A stretch of 64,000 nucleotides of DNA. Origin: an uncultured bacterium. Its GTDB lineage: Bacteria > Patescibacteriota > Minisyncoccia > Phycocordibacterales > Phycocordibacteraceae. The notes beneath the pieces were generated by a model that was given only the letters and a program-made list of their open reading frames with translations, did not search any database and was not told where the DNA came from. Of this stretch, positions 1 to 10,469 are shown piece after piece (the stretch's first letter is position 1; every line of letters begins with the position of its first letter). The stretch is from positions 362,108 through 426,107 of the forward strand of contig CAMTYL010000003.1 of assembly GCA_947085985.1 (NCBI GenBank), in the 5' to 3' direction. A program made the translations under genes and the position numbers.

Positions 1-937
<937 letters not shown>

Positions 938-1309
938 AAGTAAAAGTGCTCTTAAGAAGTTACTAAGTAAGAAAGCTTATGATACAGCGTTATGCGATCG
1001 TGCGCCCGTGGGTCCCCTTTCGGCCTGCGAAAAGTTATCCACAGGTCGCACCGTGCCGATATATTACAAAACACCCCCATTTTGCGTCAACACTTCCACC
1101 ATTACCTTCCTAACCTCTCGCAAGGTAATGGACGAATTTTGAGCGTACGGAGCGCGCCAGAAGCTCTTGAGCGAAGCGATTAGAGATTCAAGTACTCTCT
1201 GGGGTGCGACGGCGCGAGTAAGAGCAAATTTTTAGCAAAAAATTATGCGGCTCAAAATTTGTCCATTACCTTGCCCACCCTCCACTCTCGTGCTACCCTA
1301 CGGGCACAG

Positions 1310-1540
1310 ATGGAAACGCTAAAGGCAGCCCTGCCATACATTGAGATTACGCTTTCCCTACTCCTTATCGTCGGTATCGTGCTTCAGCAGCGCGGTGCCA
1401 ACCTAGGAGGGGCCTTCGGTGGCGATAACTTCGCCTCCACTTTCTACAAGCGCCGTGGCGCCGAGAAGTTCCTATTCCTTGCAACGATTGTTGTGGCGAT
1501 TCTCTTTGTGCTTTCGGCTGTCGCAGGCTTCCTGCTCTAA
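1310..1540 (+). CDS. secG: Preprotein translocase subunit SecG (start at internal ATG of six-frame ORF)
   Basis: LLLIVGIVLQQRGANLGGAFGG motif typical of SecG; two TM helices. Confidence 0.7.
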   Translation: METLKAALPYIEITLSLLLIVGIVLQQRGANLGGAFGGDNFASTFYKRRGAEKFLFLATIVVAILFVLSAVAGFLL

Positions 1541-1574
1541 GGCGCGGCCATTGGCCGCCCCACCCTTTTCATTC

Positions 1575-3302
1575 ATGAATGTATCGCGTTTCTTACGCTT
1601 TCTTACTCCACTTATGACTTCAGGCATGCGACCGTTTGTTCGGTTGCATGGGTATGTTCGTTCCCTTCCTCCGGGAGACCGCTTTATCGCAAGTGTGCTG
1701 GCGCTACTTGTGCTTGTGGCAAGTGTACTGGCGTTGTTCTCACTTGTGCGTTCACAGCTTGTAGAGGTTCCTGCTCATGGAGGAGTGCTTACTGAGGGCA
1801 TCCTTGGTTCTCCACGATTCGTGAATCCCCTGCTAGCCCTCAGTGATGCCGATCGCGACGTAACCGCGCTCACTTTTGCTGGGCTTATGGGAATCGGGAA
1901 AGATGGTGCGCTCGTGCCTGTGTTAGCTAGTGGCTACACGGTATCTGATGACGGGCTTGTATATACCTTCACGCTCAGAGATACCGCTAAATTCTCAGAC
2001 GGTACTTCAGTGACTGCAGAAGACGTGGCCTTTACGGTGCAGAAGGCGCAGGACCCCGCCCTAAAGAGCCCAGAGTACTCAAACTGGGTAAGTATTCGTG
2101 CAGAAGTGATAGATGCGCGCACCGTGCAGTTCACACTGCCTAAACCATACGCACCATTTCTTGCCGAAACAACACTTGGCGTCCTGCCGTCTAGGCTGTG
2201 GCGCAACGTGCCAAACGATCAATTCCCCTTCTCCCCTCTCATGCAGCGCCCTGTGGGTGCCGGCCCATTCAAGGTGGTGAAAGTGGTGACTGACAGTAAG
2301 GGAGCAGTATCTGAGTACGACCTTTCAGCTCACAAGGGCTTTGCACTTGGTCGCCCCTATTTGAACGAAATCCGCGTTCGCTTCTTTCAGACCACAACAC
2401 TGCTCCAAGGTGCATACCGCAGCGGGCGTATTGATAGTGCGTATGGCATAGATGCTCCAGGTGCTCTACGTGCGCCCTATTCCCGAGTATTTGGTATTTT
2501 CTTTAACAAAAAGGAAGAGCCTGCATTTGCTCGCCTTGAAGTGCGCAAGGCTCTTTCCATTGCGATAAATCGCGACCACATCGTACAAAACTTGCTTGGC
2601 GGGTACGCTACCGCGCTCATTGGTCCGGTGTCTTCTGGTAACGGTGTAGTGCCTCCGACCCTCCCTCCTGTTGAGACACGTACAGAAGACGCAAAGGCCC
2701 TACTCACGTCGGGCGGATGGAAGTATGACGAGGAGTCCGCAGTCTGGAGAAATGAAAAAGAGAAACTGTCACTTGCTGCTATTACTATTCGCACATCAAA
2801 CGTGCCTGAGCTTAAGCTTGTAGCCGAAGCAGTTCAAAGTGACTGGCAAGCCCTTGGAGTTCCCACACAGTTAGAGCTATACGAGCCAGGCGACCTAACA
2901 AAGGATGTTATCCGTCCTCGTGCCTATGCTGCACTGCTCTTTGGTATGGTGGTGGGTCGCGAGCAGGACTTGTACGCGTTTTGGGACTCCAAGGAGCAAG
3001 CTAACCCTGGCCTCAATATCGCGTCCTACGCCAACAGCTCGGTAGATATCCTCCTAGAGCGCGCACGTTCAACCAGCGACCAGGCAAAGAGTATCGGGTA
3101 CTTGCAGAGCGCAAGCGACAAGATTGCGTCTGACTACCCCGCGGCCTTTACGCATGCCCCTGACTTCCTGTATGCTGTACCTAAGACCCTATACGGCGTC
3201 ATGCTTCCGCAGATTGCCGCACCTGCAGACCGATTCGCGACCGTAGCAACCTGGTACAAGGAGCGTGCGTACGTCTGGCCGTTTCTCGTGCAAAGTCATT
3301 AG
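1575..3302 (+). CDS. ABC transporter substrate-binding protein, family 5 (OppA/DppA-like), N-terminal signal/anchor
   Basis: Length ~575 aa, N-terminal TM/signal segment, family-5 SBP-like sequence features; start chosen at ATG 1575 after secG. Confidence 0.65.
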   Translation: MNVSRFLRFLTPLMTSGMRPFVRLHGYVRSLPPGDRFIASVLALLVLVASVLALFSLVRSQLVEVPAHGGVLTEGILGSPRFVNPLLALSDADRDVTALTFAGLMGIGKDGALVPVLASGYTVSDDGLVYTFTLRDTAKFSDGTSVTAEDVAFTVQKAQDPALKSPEYSNWVSIRAEVIDARTVQFTLPKPYAPFLAETTLGVLPSRLWRNVPNDQFPFSPLMQRPVGAGPFKVVKVVTDSKGAVSEYDLSAHKGFALGRPYLNEIRVRFFQTTTLLQGAYRSGRIDSAYGIDAPGALRAPYSRVFGIFFNKKEEPAFARLEVRKALSIAINRDHIVQNLLGGYATALIGPVSSGNGVVPPTLPPVETRTEDAKALLTSGGWKYDEESAVWRNEKEKLSLAAITIRTSNVPELKLVAEAVQSDWQALGVPTQLELYEPGDLTKDVIRPRAYAALLFGMVVGREQDLYAFWDSKEQANPGLNIASYANSSVDILLERARSTSDQAKSIGYLQSASDKIASDYPAAFTHAPDFLYAVPKTLYGVMLPQIAAPADRFATVATWYKERAYVWPFLVQSH

Positions 3303-3416
3303 CCTTTGGCTCATGTGTCCCTGCCCTACGTGGAGCAAGGATTCCGGGGCTAGCGTCTAGTGACTCATGCAGAGCCATTACAAATGAACATATTTAGCAA
3401 CTAACACTAAGACACT

Positions 3417-5360
3417 ATGTCATCAGCACCAGCGCCTGCTCCTGCGCCAGGATTCCGAAAAGAGGAATCCTCGCAGGCAGCGGCACCCACCACCCCAAGC
3501 GGTAGCAACGGCAGGCCTCGCGGCACTCGCGGCGGTCGCGGACGCGGCGGTCAGGGACGCGCAGGCGACCGTGGACCGCGTAGCAGCGGCGGACGCCCTA
3601 TGCGCAGCGGAGGCGGTCGTCCGCAAGGAGGACAAGGCGCCCAAAAGAGCGACAAGAACAAGCCCGATTACCTTCCGGCACCGTGTGACGAGAAGACCGT
3701 GCGTATTGTGCCGCTTGGCGGCGTGGAGGAAGTAGGCCGCAACATGTTTGCGATTGAGACCAAGGACGACATCTTTGTATGTGATGCCGGGTTCCAGTTC
3801 GTACCAGGAGGAACTAATCCTGGTGTGGACTACATCCTTCCCAACACTCGCTACCTAGAAGCAAATCAGGACCGCGTACGCGCCGTCTTTATTACCCACG
3901 GCCACCTAGACCACATTGGCGGCATTCCCTTTCTGATGGGCCGTTTTGGCAATCCGCCTATCTACACGCAGAACCTTACGTCAGTAATGATTCTGAAGCG
4001 TCAGGAGGAGTACCCAGACATGCCCGCACTTGATGTGCGTGTGGTAGAGCCAGGCTCCACCGTCACCGTAGGCAGCTCTCGCGTTAAGTTCTTCCCCGTC
4101 ACCCACTCTATTCCAGACTCTATGGGTCTCTCGGTAGAGACTCCCTGGGGCAACGTGGTCGTGACCGGAGACTTGAAGCTTGATCACGAGGGTGGCATCC
4201 CAGCCGACCACGAGCAGAAGAAGTGGGCGTCCCTTGGACAAGGCAACAACCTCTTTTTCATTGCCGACTCCACAAACGCTGAGCGCGATGGATTCTCTAT
4301 TCCTGAAAGTCGTGTAAACGAAACTCTGGAGAACATTGTGCGCACGGTGCAGGGTCGCCTTATCATCGGTACCTTTGCGTCACAGTTTGAGCGCATGATT
4401 CGCATCATTCAGATTGCCGAGTCTATGGGCAAGAAGATTGTTATGGAGGGCCGCTCTATGAAGACCAACCTGGAAATCGCACAGATTACCGGACTCCTCA
4501 CTGTAAAGAAGGAGACCATCATCAGTGCGCAGGAAATCCAGGACTACCCACCAGATAAAATTGTCGTACTTGCAACAGGAGCACAGGGAGAAGAGTTTGC
4601 AGCACTTATGCGTATTGCTACCAAGCAGCACAAGAACATCATGCTCACCACTCGCGATACTGTGGTGCTTTCGTCATCCGTTATTCCGGGCAACGAAATC
4701 TCCGTGCAGAATTTGAAGGACATGTTGTACCGTAATGGCGCAACCCTCATTCACTACAAGTCTTCTGACGTGCACTCAACCGGACACGGAAACTCGGGCG
4801 AGCTCGTATGGATTAACCAGCAGGTTGGCGCAAAGTTCTTCATGCCTGCCTATGGCTACTACTCCATGACCAGCTGCCACGCAAAGGCAGTGGAGCAGGC
4901 AGGGCGCCCGCGCGACCAGATTGTGTTGGCTGACAACGGCTCCGTGATTGACCTCATTGAGGGCAAGACGATGTTCGTGCACAAGGAAAAGGTGCCGAGC
5001 GCGCCACTCGTTGTAGACGGCTTCTCTATTGGCGACATTCAGGAGGTAGTTATCCGCGATCGCCAGGCGCTCGCAAAGGACGGCATGTTTGTCATCATTG
5101 CGACGGTAAACCTAAAGACCGGAAAGCTTCGCAAGAGCCCCGACATCATTAGTCGCGGATTCATCTACCTGCGTGAAAACCAGGAGATGCTGAACCAGGC
5201 ACGTCTTCTCATCAAAAAGACAGTGGAGGACACTACCGAAGGCATGAACCCGGTAGACCTTGATTACGTAAAGAACGCGCTGTCAGACACCATGGCGGGC
5301 TATCTATTCACTCGCACGAATAAGGCACCGATGGTCATTCCTGTATTGATTGGGGTGTAA
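3417..5360 (+). CDS. rnj: Ribonuclease J (metallo-beta-lactamase/beta-CASP RNase) with ~85-aa N-terminal Arg/Gly-rich low-complexity extension
   Basis: HGHLDHIG zinc-binding motif, overall beta-CASP architecture; N-terminus RGGRGRGGQGRAGDRG repeats. Confidence 0.85.
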   Translation: MSSAPAPAPAPGFRKEESSQAAAPTTPSGSNGRPRGTRGGRGRGGQGRAGDRGPRSSGGRPMRSGGGRPQGGQGAQKSDKNKPDYLPAPCDEKTVRIVPLGGVEEVGRNMFAIETKDDIFVCDAGFQFVPGGTNPGVDYILPNTRYLEANQDRVRAVFITHGHLDHIGGIPFLMGRFGNPPIYTQNLTSVMILKRQEEYPDMPALDVRVVEPGSTVTVGSSRVKFFPVTHSIPDSMGLSVETPWGNVVVTGDLKLDHEGGIPADHEQKKWASLGQGNNLFFIADSTNAERDGFSIPESRVNETLENIVRTVQGRLIIGTFASQFERMIRIIQIAESMGKKIVMEGRSMKTNLEIAQITGLLTVKKETIISAQEIQDYPPDKIVVLATGAQGEEFAALMRIATKQHKNIMLTTRDTVVLSSSVIPGNEISVQNLKDMLYRNGATLIHYKSSDVHSTGHGNSGELVWINQQVGAKFFMPAYGYYSMTSCHAKAVEQAGRPRDQIVLADNGSVIDLIEGKTMFVHKEKVPSAPLVVDGFSIGDIQEVVIRDRQALAKDGMFVIIATVNLKTGKLRKSPDIISRGFIYLRENQEMLNQARLLIKKTVEDTTEGMNPVDLDYVKNALSDTMAGYLFTRTNKAPMVIPVLIGV

Positions 5361-5519
5361 GTAAGAGCCGTCAAAAGTCTCCAGCTACTTCGTTGCAGGA
5401 CCCACTGGTTTCTTCCGCCGTACTTCTAGTACGTCTCCAGAAATCAGTTTCCCGCGCCTCGTATCTGAAACCTTTTGACTAGGCTCTCCACCTCCGACCA
5501 GAGCAGGTACCTGTTCTAC

Positions 5520-5558
5520 GCAATCAGCCGCACTAATCGTGCGGCTGATTGCTTTTAT
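5520..5558 (+). terminator. Rho-independent terminator (14-bp perfect stem, 5-nt loop, T-run)
   Basis: gcaatcagccgcac-taatc-gtgcggctgattgc followed by ttttat. Confidence 0.5.
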
Positions 5559-6148
5559 CGTGCAGTGCGGTACTGTGCTGCCAGAGAACATTTTGGGAGC
5601 TATTCACATGACGAAGCCACGGGTTGCTATTCGGGGGTACCGAGGCCAAAAAGGGTCCGAACGTGCTGTCGCCGTAAAGGACGCAGGAAATGTAAACGAT
5701 CTGGTTGTTTTGGCTTTCGGAAGGAAGCCAGGCTACAGAACCCTGAACCGAGGTCGGCCAGTGCCACTATCCAGTGAGCGCAAAACTACGCGTCACGGAA
5801 TCCTCGCAACTTATGTTACGCTCTCTCGCGAGGGAGCGCTCGCTCTGCATGAGGCCTTGGACGAGTTTCTCTTCGGGGAAGGCTCGGGCTAGCGCAGTCG
5901 GGCAACAGGACGCAAAGCGGCGGGTGGAAACACCCGCCGTTGTCTATTTCCGAGCAGACTGGAGCGAGCGGTTCAACACCATGCGCTAAACCGGAAGCAG
6001 TCAGTGGTGCACGGAGCGCGTAAGAGAAAGTGATTTAGCAAAGCGCTCTTCGCTTTCTCTTCACGAGAGCGACAATGCACCACGACGCCCTGACGGACGG
6101 GCTGTGCATGGATTTGAACTGCGAGCGGAATGCTACAATTTGAAATAA

Positions 6149-7306
6149 ATGCACCCGAAGCGTGTTCTCTACATCGGCAACTTCTTTGCTGCCATGCACT
6201 TCTTTTTGATTGTGTATGTGATTGGTCCATATCTTTCAACCTTCCTACCTGACAATCAGACAGGCCTCGTCGTTGCAGCAGGTGCAGTGGGCACACTCAT
6301 CATGTTTCCGTTCATGCCGCGCATCGCTGGGCACTTTGGTGTGCGCAAGACAGCCATTGCTGTGGCGAGCCTTATTGCGGTTGCGCTCATGGTCCTTGCG
6401 GGCCAGCCACCCTTTTGGATTGCCGCATTTTGTTTGGCGCTGGTGTGTGGCACCACGCCCTTTATTCAGTACCTGCTAGACCTTCTGCTTGAGGCGGCTA
6501 GTACCGACAGTACCCAGATTGGCCGCATACGCACGCTTTTCATTACTTCGGGGAACGTTGCCCTTATTTCCGCTCCGCTTATTATCGCTTTTTTGCTTGG
6601 CGACACGAGCGAGTATTGGCGGGTATTTTTGGTAGCCTCTCTTTCTCTTACTCCTTTCATTACCCTCTTTCTATTTGAGCAGCTTCCAGAGCACCCGCCC
6701 ACTCACCGAGCAAAGCTTCTCGATAGTTGTAGGTGCCTGCTGGAACGAGCCGACGTACGCGCCTCCATTTTTGCAAATGGCGTGCTCCAATTTTTCTATC
6801 ACCTAGCACCTCTCTATATCCCTCTCTATTTGCACGGCGTGCTTGGGATTCCGTGGTCAGAGCTCGGGTGGATGTTTGCGGTAATGCTCCTTCCCTTTGT
6901 CCTTATTGAGTACCCCGCAGGCTACATTGCTGACCGTTGGCTTGGGGAAAAGGAAATCCTTATGGCGGGATTTGCTATCACAGGAGTGTCGTTCGCAGCG
7001 CTCGCGTTTGTGTCTACTACGACACCGCTTATGGTACTTCTTACCATTCTTATTGCTACCCGTATCGGCAGCGCACTTGTGGAAGCGATGGTGGACGGAC
7101 ACTTCTTTAAACGGGTTACGACAGAGGATGCAAACACCACCACCCTCTATCGTATGACGCGCCCGGTGTCAGCACTTATCGCCCCACTGTCTGCAAGCTT
7201 GTTGCTGCTACTTACTGGTAGCTACGTCGTCTTCTTTATCACTATGGGCGCACTGCTCCTTGTACTTGGTCTTGGTTGCAGCTATTTCATCAAGGACGAC
7301 CGCTAA
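6149..7306 (+). CDS. MFS-type transporter (12-TM-like membrane protein); TACAAT -10-like box 11 nt upstream of ATG
   Basis: 385 aa, multiple hydrophobic helices, MFS-like loop motifs. Confidence 0.65.
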   Translation: MHPKRVLYIGNFFAAMHFFLIVYVIGPYLSTFLPDNQTGLVVAAGAVGTLIMFPFMPRIAGHFGVRKTAIAVASLIAVALMVLAGQPPFWIAAFCLALVCGTTPFIQYLLDLLLEAASTDSTQIGRIRTLFITSGNVALISAPLIIAFLLGDTSEYWRVFLVASLSLTPFITLFLFEQLPEHPPTHRAKLLDSCRCLLERADVRASIFANGVLQFFYHLAPLYIPLYLHGVLGIPWSELGWMFAVMLLPFVLIEYPAGYIADRWLGEKEILMAGFAITGVSFAALAFVSTTTPLMVLLTILIATRIGSALVEAMVDGHFFKRVTTEDANTTTLYRMTRPVSALIAPLSASLLLLLTGSYVVFFITMGALLLVLGLGCSYFIKDDR

Positions 7307-7322
7307 CTCCACTACTATTCTG

Positions 7323-7360
7323 AAATTCAAACACTACCATATATGGTAGTGTTTGAATTT
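7323..7360. repeat. Palindromic repeat family copy 1 (38-bp perfect palindrome, core ACTACCATATATGGTAGT), intergenic between convergent genes
   Basis: aaattcaaacactaccata|tatggtagtgtttgaattt. Confidence 0.8.
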
Positions 7361-8255
7361 AGTTTGGCAGTTCAAATGTTCTGCCTCTTCGCATAATTAG
7401 TTTTTCTGCGACGAGCTTTTGCATCTGCTCTTCAACTTGCTCTCTTCGGTCTGCTTCAAAGAGAGAAAGTAGTTTTGTGCGAGTGGCACCGCCCTGTGTG
7501 AGAGTGCGTAGAATCGCACCTCGCACTTCTCTTCCGGAGCCCTTAAATGCTGACTGCTTTGTGTACCCTTTTGCGCGTGCGTTTATACGTACTCCAGAGC
7601 GCTTCAGGTGTGCGCCATAGTCCATGAGCGCCGCGTACCACTCTCTCGCCTTCCCGTTCGGGTGCATTTCTTTCAGAATAGAGAGTATTTGTGCGTCATC
7701 AACAGAATCCGAAATACTACCATATATGGTAGTATTTCGGATTCTGTTTTCTTTGCCAGTTACGGACGCTGGGAAGAAGTGGTGTGTGATTGCTGTGCGG
7801 ATATTGGTTTCTATAAATATGCCGTCTTGGTTGTAGGCAAACGCGGCCACTGCGCCCGCGGTGTAGGGGCCAATTCCAGGAAGTTTTTGAAGCTCGGCAG
7901 CACTTCCCGGAAATACAAGGTTCAACCTTGTATTTTTTGAAGCTGTATATACAGGCTGGTGTGACAGTATATATTTGGCAGCCTCGTGGAGCATCTTGGC
8001 TCTCCGGTTGTATCCAAGTCCCTGCCAAAGCTTGAGCACTTCAGAAAGAGGCGCCTCCGCGAGTGTCTTCACATTCGGAAACTGCTTCAGAAAGGTTCTG
8101 TAGTACGGTATTACCCGTTCAACTTGTGTCTGCTGAAGCATGACCTCCGACACCAGTATCTTGTATGGGTCGGAAGTCTTCCTCCACGGCAAATCATGAC
8201 GGCCATGTTCCTTCCAGTACTTCCAGACAGTTGCTCTAAACGTCTGTGCTTTCAT
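7359..8255 (-). CDS. HhH-GPD superfamily DNA glycosylase (MutY/Nth-like; no Fe-S cysteine cluster evident); carries an in-frame palindromic-repeat insertion at 7702-7747
   Basis: VSEVMLQQTQVERV, LPGIGPYTAGAV helix-hairpin-helix region; inserted segment encodes ENRIRNTTIYGSISDSV. Confidence 0.7.
   Translation of the reverse strand: MKAQTFRATVWKYWKEHGRHDLPWRKTSDPYKILVSEVMLQQTQVERVIPYYRTFLKQFPNVKTLAEAPLSEVLKLWQGLGYNRRAKMLHEAAKYILSHQPVYTASKNTRLNLVFPGSAAELQKLPGIGPYTAGAVAAFAYNQDGIFIETNIRTAITHHFFPASVTGKENRIRNTTIYGSISDSVDDAQILSILKEMHPNGKAREWYAALMDYGAHLKRSGVRINARAKGYTKQSAFKGSGREVRGAILRTLTQGGATRTKLLSLFEADRREQVEEQMQKLVAEKLIMRRGRTFELPN
7702..7747. repeat. Palindromic repeat family copy 2 (46-bp perfect palindrome) embedded in-frame in the glycosylase CDS
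   Basis: acagaatccgaaatactaccata|tatggtagtatttcggattctgt; compensatory C>T/G>A relative to other copies. Confidence 0.8.
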
Positions 8256-8469
8256 CCACTACCCTTGAAGGGGTGATGTGGGGAGCCATTGGAATAATGA
8301 GAATCGCAAAGAAGTAGCAGACAACCCCAGGCACGAGTCCTGTGAAGATTGTCAGTGCGAGATAAAAAAGACGGATAAGGACTGGGTCTACGTCAAAATA
8401 TTCGCCAATACCGCCACACACACCAGCGAGCACCTTATTATCCTTGCTTCGGTAGAGTCGTTTTATCAT
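8236..8469 (-). CDS. PspC-domain small membrane protein
   Basis: MIKRLYRSKDNKVLAGVCGGIGEYFDVDPVLIRLFY is the PspC domain signature; start moved to internal ATG. Confidence 0.6.
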   Translation of the reverse strand: MIKRLYRSKDNKVLAGVCGGIGEYFDVDPVLIRLFYLALTIFTGLVPGVVCYFFAILIIPMAPHITPSRVVDESTDV

Positions 8470-8544
8470 GTATACAGTATACCAAAATCTTGCCTTACGG
8501 GCAGAACCTGCTACAGTCCCTCCAGGCAAGCAAGGGAGGGACAG

Positions 8545-8823
8545 ATGCCCATTCGCCACGTGTACGAGAAAGTAAAAAAAGTCGTCCGAGATCGGGGAGA
8601 GACCTGGATTACGCTTGAAGGGAGCACGATCATTGGGCTGCCGCCCACAGCGGCTGAACAGGCCAAGCACGTCGCTCCTGGCATGAAGGCGCTCCTAGAT
8701 TTGGAGGACTGGAACCCTGAGAATGGCCTCGCTCGACTGTGGGTCTATGATCGTCACCACGAAGTCATGGCCTGCGGGATGGGCGCTAACGGCTGCTCCA
8801 TCGAGAGCCCTGTTCTTGTTTGA
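8545..8823 (+). CDS. Hypothetical protein (92 aa)
   Basis: ATG preceded by aagggaggg Shine-Dalgarno; coding-like composition; no recognisable domain. Confidence 0.35.
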   Translation: MPIRHVYEKVKKVVRDRGETWITLEGSTIIGLPPTAAEQAKHVAPGMKALLDLEDWNPENGLARLWVYDRHHEVMACGMGANGCSIESPVLV

Positions 8824-8877
8824 GACCGGACCAAGTTCCGATGAGAAAGCCCCGCGCACTCACCGGAGCTTTCTTAT

Positions 8878-9570
8878 TTACAGCTCATAAATCACGTCCT
8901 TTTGCTCCACGACCAGCTCCCAGAGCTTTTGTTTTGCGTGGCGATACAGCACGCGGTTTGGATTGAACGCTATTGAAGACTCGGTCAGGTCCATCACAGA
9001 GATGTCGCTCTCGGTGGACCCCACTCCGTAGGAGCCGTTTAGGGTGAGATTGTTTTTCTTAATTGCGCGCATCAAAATAGCGCCCTTGTTCATAATCAAA
9101 TGCTCGTCCGCAATCTCACCCGAGAACCTGCCAGACGCCCCTGTTTCATAGAACACGCCATACGACTTATCAAACCCCAGCTCGTACGCAAACCCGTCCA
9201 CAATAAACTTCGGTGAGTATGAAATAGCCAGAAGGTAGTGCCCCTTCTTTTTTAACTCCTTCACCAAGTCGCGCGTGTAGTGGAAGGTGCGGTCGCGATT
9301 CGCTTCAATAATTTCTCCTGCAATGTCGGCAATCTCTCCATACGGACGTCCCTTTGCATGCACCGCAAAGGCATCAATCATTTTTCGTACGTAGGGCCCA
9401 TACTCGCCACGTTTGTTCTGCAACTCTCCCTCGTTCCCTTCGTAGAGCTTCGCCACACTCTTTGGGAACATCTCACGCTCTACCAACTCACGCAGAAGCT
9501 CTGCTAACAAAGACGAGCGGAACAGTGTGCCGTCTATATCAAATACTGCCACTGGCCGCTTCTTGTCCAT
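8878..9570 (-). CDS. HAD-superfamily hydrolase (HAD-IB/phosphoserine-phosphatase-like)
   Basis: N-terminal VAVFDIDGTLF (DxDGT motif I). Confidence 0.75.
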   Translation of the reverse strand: MDKKRPVAVFDIDGTLFRSSLLAELLRELVEREMFPKSVAKLYEGNEGELQNKRGEYGPYVRKMIDAFAVHAKGRPYGEIADIAGEIIEANRDRTFHYTRDLVKELKKKGHYLLAISYSPKFIVDGFAYELGFDKSYGVFYETGASGRFSGEIADEHLIMNKGAILMRAIKKNNLTLNGSYGVGSTESDISVMDLTESSIAFNPNRVLYRHAKQKLWELVVEQKDVIYEL

Positions 9571-9776
9571 GCATCTATGGTACTCCTAAGGTGTGCAAAA
9601 AGAAAAAGCGCCGTATTCGGGCGCTTGGGTGGTGTGCAGAGCGGTCGGCCCTGGCAAGCGATCGACGACTTAACGCCTCTCATCGGAATGGCTCCTCGGC
9701 CAAACCTGTCTCGCTGCCAGGACCTATCCCACTGCTAATGCCGCTCTATTCGCGGGACTGAAACAAGCCTATCAAA

Positions 9777-10469
9777 TTACTTTGCTTTTGGCCAGCGTGT
9801 AGCAGCTGCTGGCCAGAGTTTAGTGAGGGGGTGGTCGCCACACTCGTGGGGAATGGCGGAACAGAGGTACCGACCATAGAGCACCAGGCCATTGTTTACG
9901 TACTTCCAATCCTCCTTCGGCACCAGTTGTTCTAGGTCCTTAGAAATCTTTGTGAGCTCGGTTCGGTCCGTCAGGTCAAACCGAAGAGCAAATCGCCTCA
10001 CGTGCGTGTCTGTGGGAATGCCCTCCCAGATGTAGTAGAGCTCCCCAAGCACAACGTGCGCTGTCTTGTACGCTACTCCAGGCAGACGGGTGAGCTCTTT
10101 CTCCGTACGCGGCACCTCCCCACCAAATTCTTCCAGTAACACTCGAGCGGAGCCAATCAGATAGCGCGCCTTTGATTGAAAATAGGTTATGGAGGAAATC
10201 AGCTCCATCAACTCTGACGGTTCTGCATTCGCATAGTCTTCCAGCGTTCGATACTTTGCAAAAAGCGCTGGGGTCACGGCGTTCACCTTCTTGTCAGTGC
10301 ACTGAGCTGAAAGCATGACAGATGCCACTAGCTCAAACGGAGTCGTATATACAAGCTCTGTCTTTGGTGCAGGATAGGTTCTCTTTAGATACGCGACAAT
10401 CTGCGCGGCACGCTTTCTGCGTTCTTCTTGCTTTGCGTCAGGAAATAGCTCAGGAAAGTGCTTTGACAT
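9777..10469 (-). CDS. nth: Endonuclease III (Nth), HhH-GPD glycosylase/AP lyase with C-terminal Cys cluster
   Basis: HhH region LPGVAYKTAHVVL, C-terminal CSAIPHECGDHP cysteines. Confidence 0.8.
   Translation of the reverse strand: MSKHFPELFPDAKQEERRKRAAQIVAYLKRTYPAPKTELVYTTPFELVASVMLSAQCTDKKVNAVTPALFAKYRTLEDYANAEPSELMELISSITYFQSKARYLIGSARVLLEEFGGEVPRTEKELTRLPGVAYKTAHVVLGELYYIWEGIPTDTHVRRFALRFDLTDRTELTKISKDLEQLVPKEDWKYVNNGLVLYGRYLCSAIPHECGDHPLTKLWPAAATRWPKAK

Noticed and set aside
938-1100. CIRCE/HrcA operator upstream of groES
   Set aside because: Only a weak partial match (GTGCTC...TTACTAAG) to TTAGCACTC-N9-GAGTGCTAA was found. This is not enough to call.
5560-6000. Possible RNase P RNA, tmRNA or SRP RNA (ACAGAACCC, CGGAAGGAAGCC, tag-like GCGCAAAACTACGCG strings)
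   Set aside because: The conserved P4 strands and GGAAAGUCCGGGC are absent. The tmRNA T-arm and UUCGAC motifs are absent. The SRP domain-IV asymmetric loops do not fit. Left as unassigned structured RNA.
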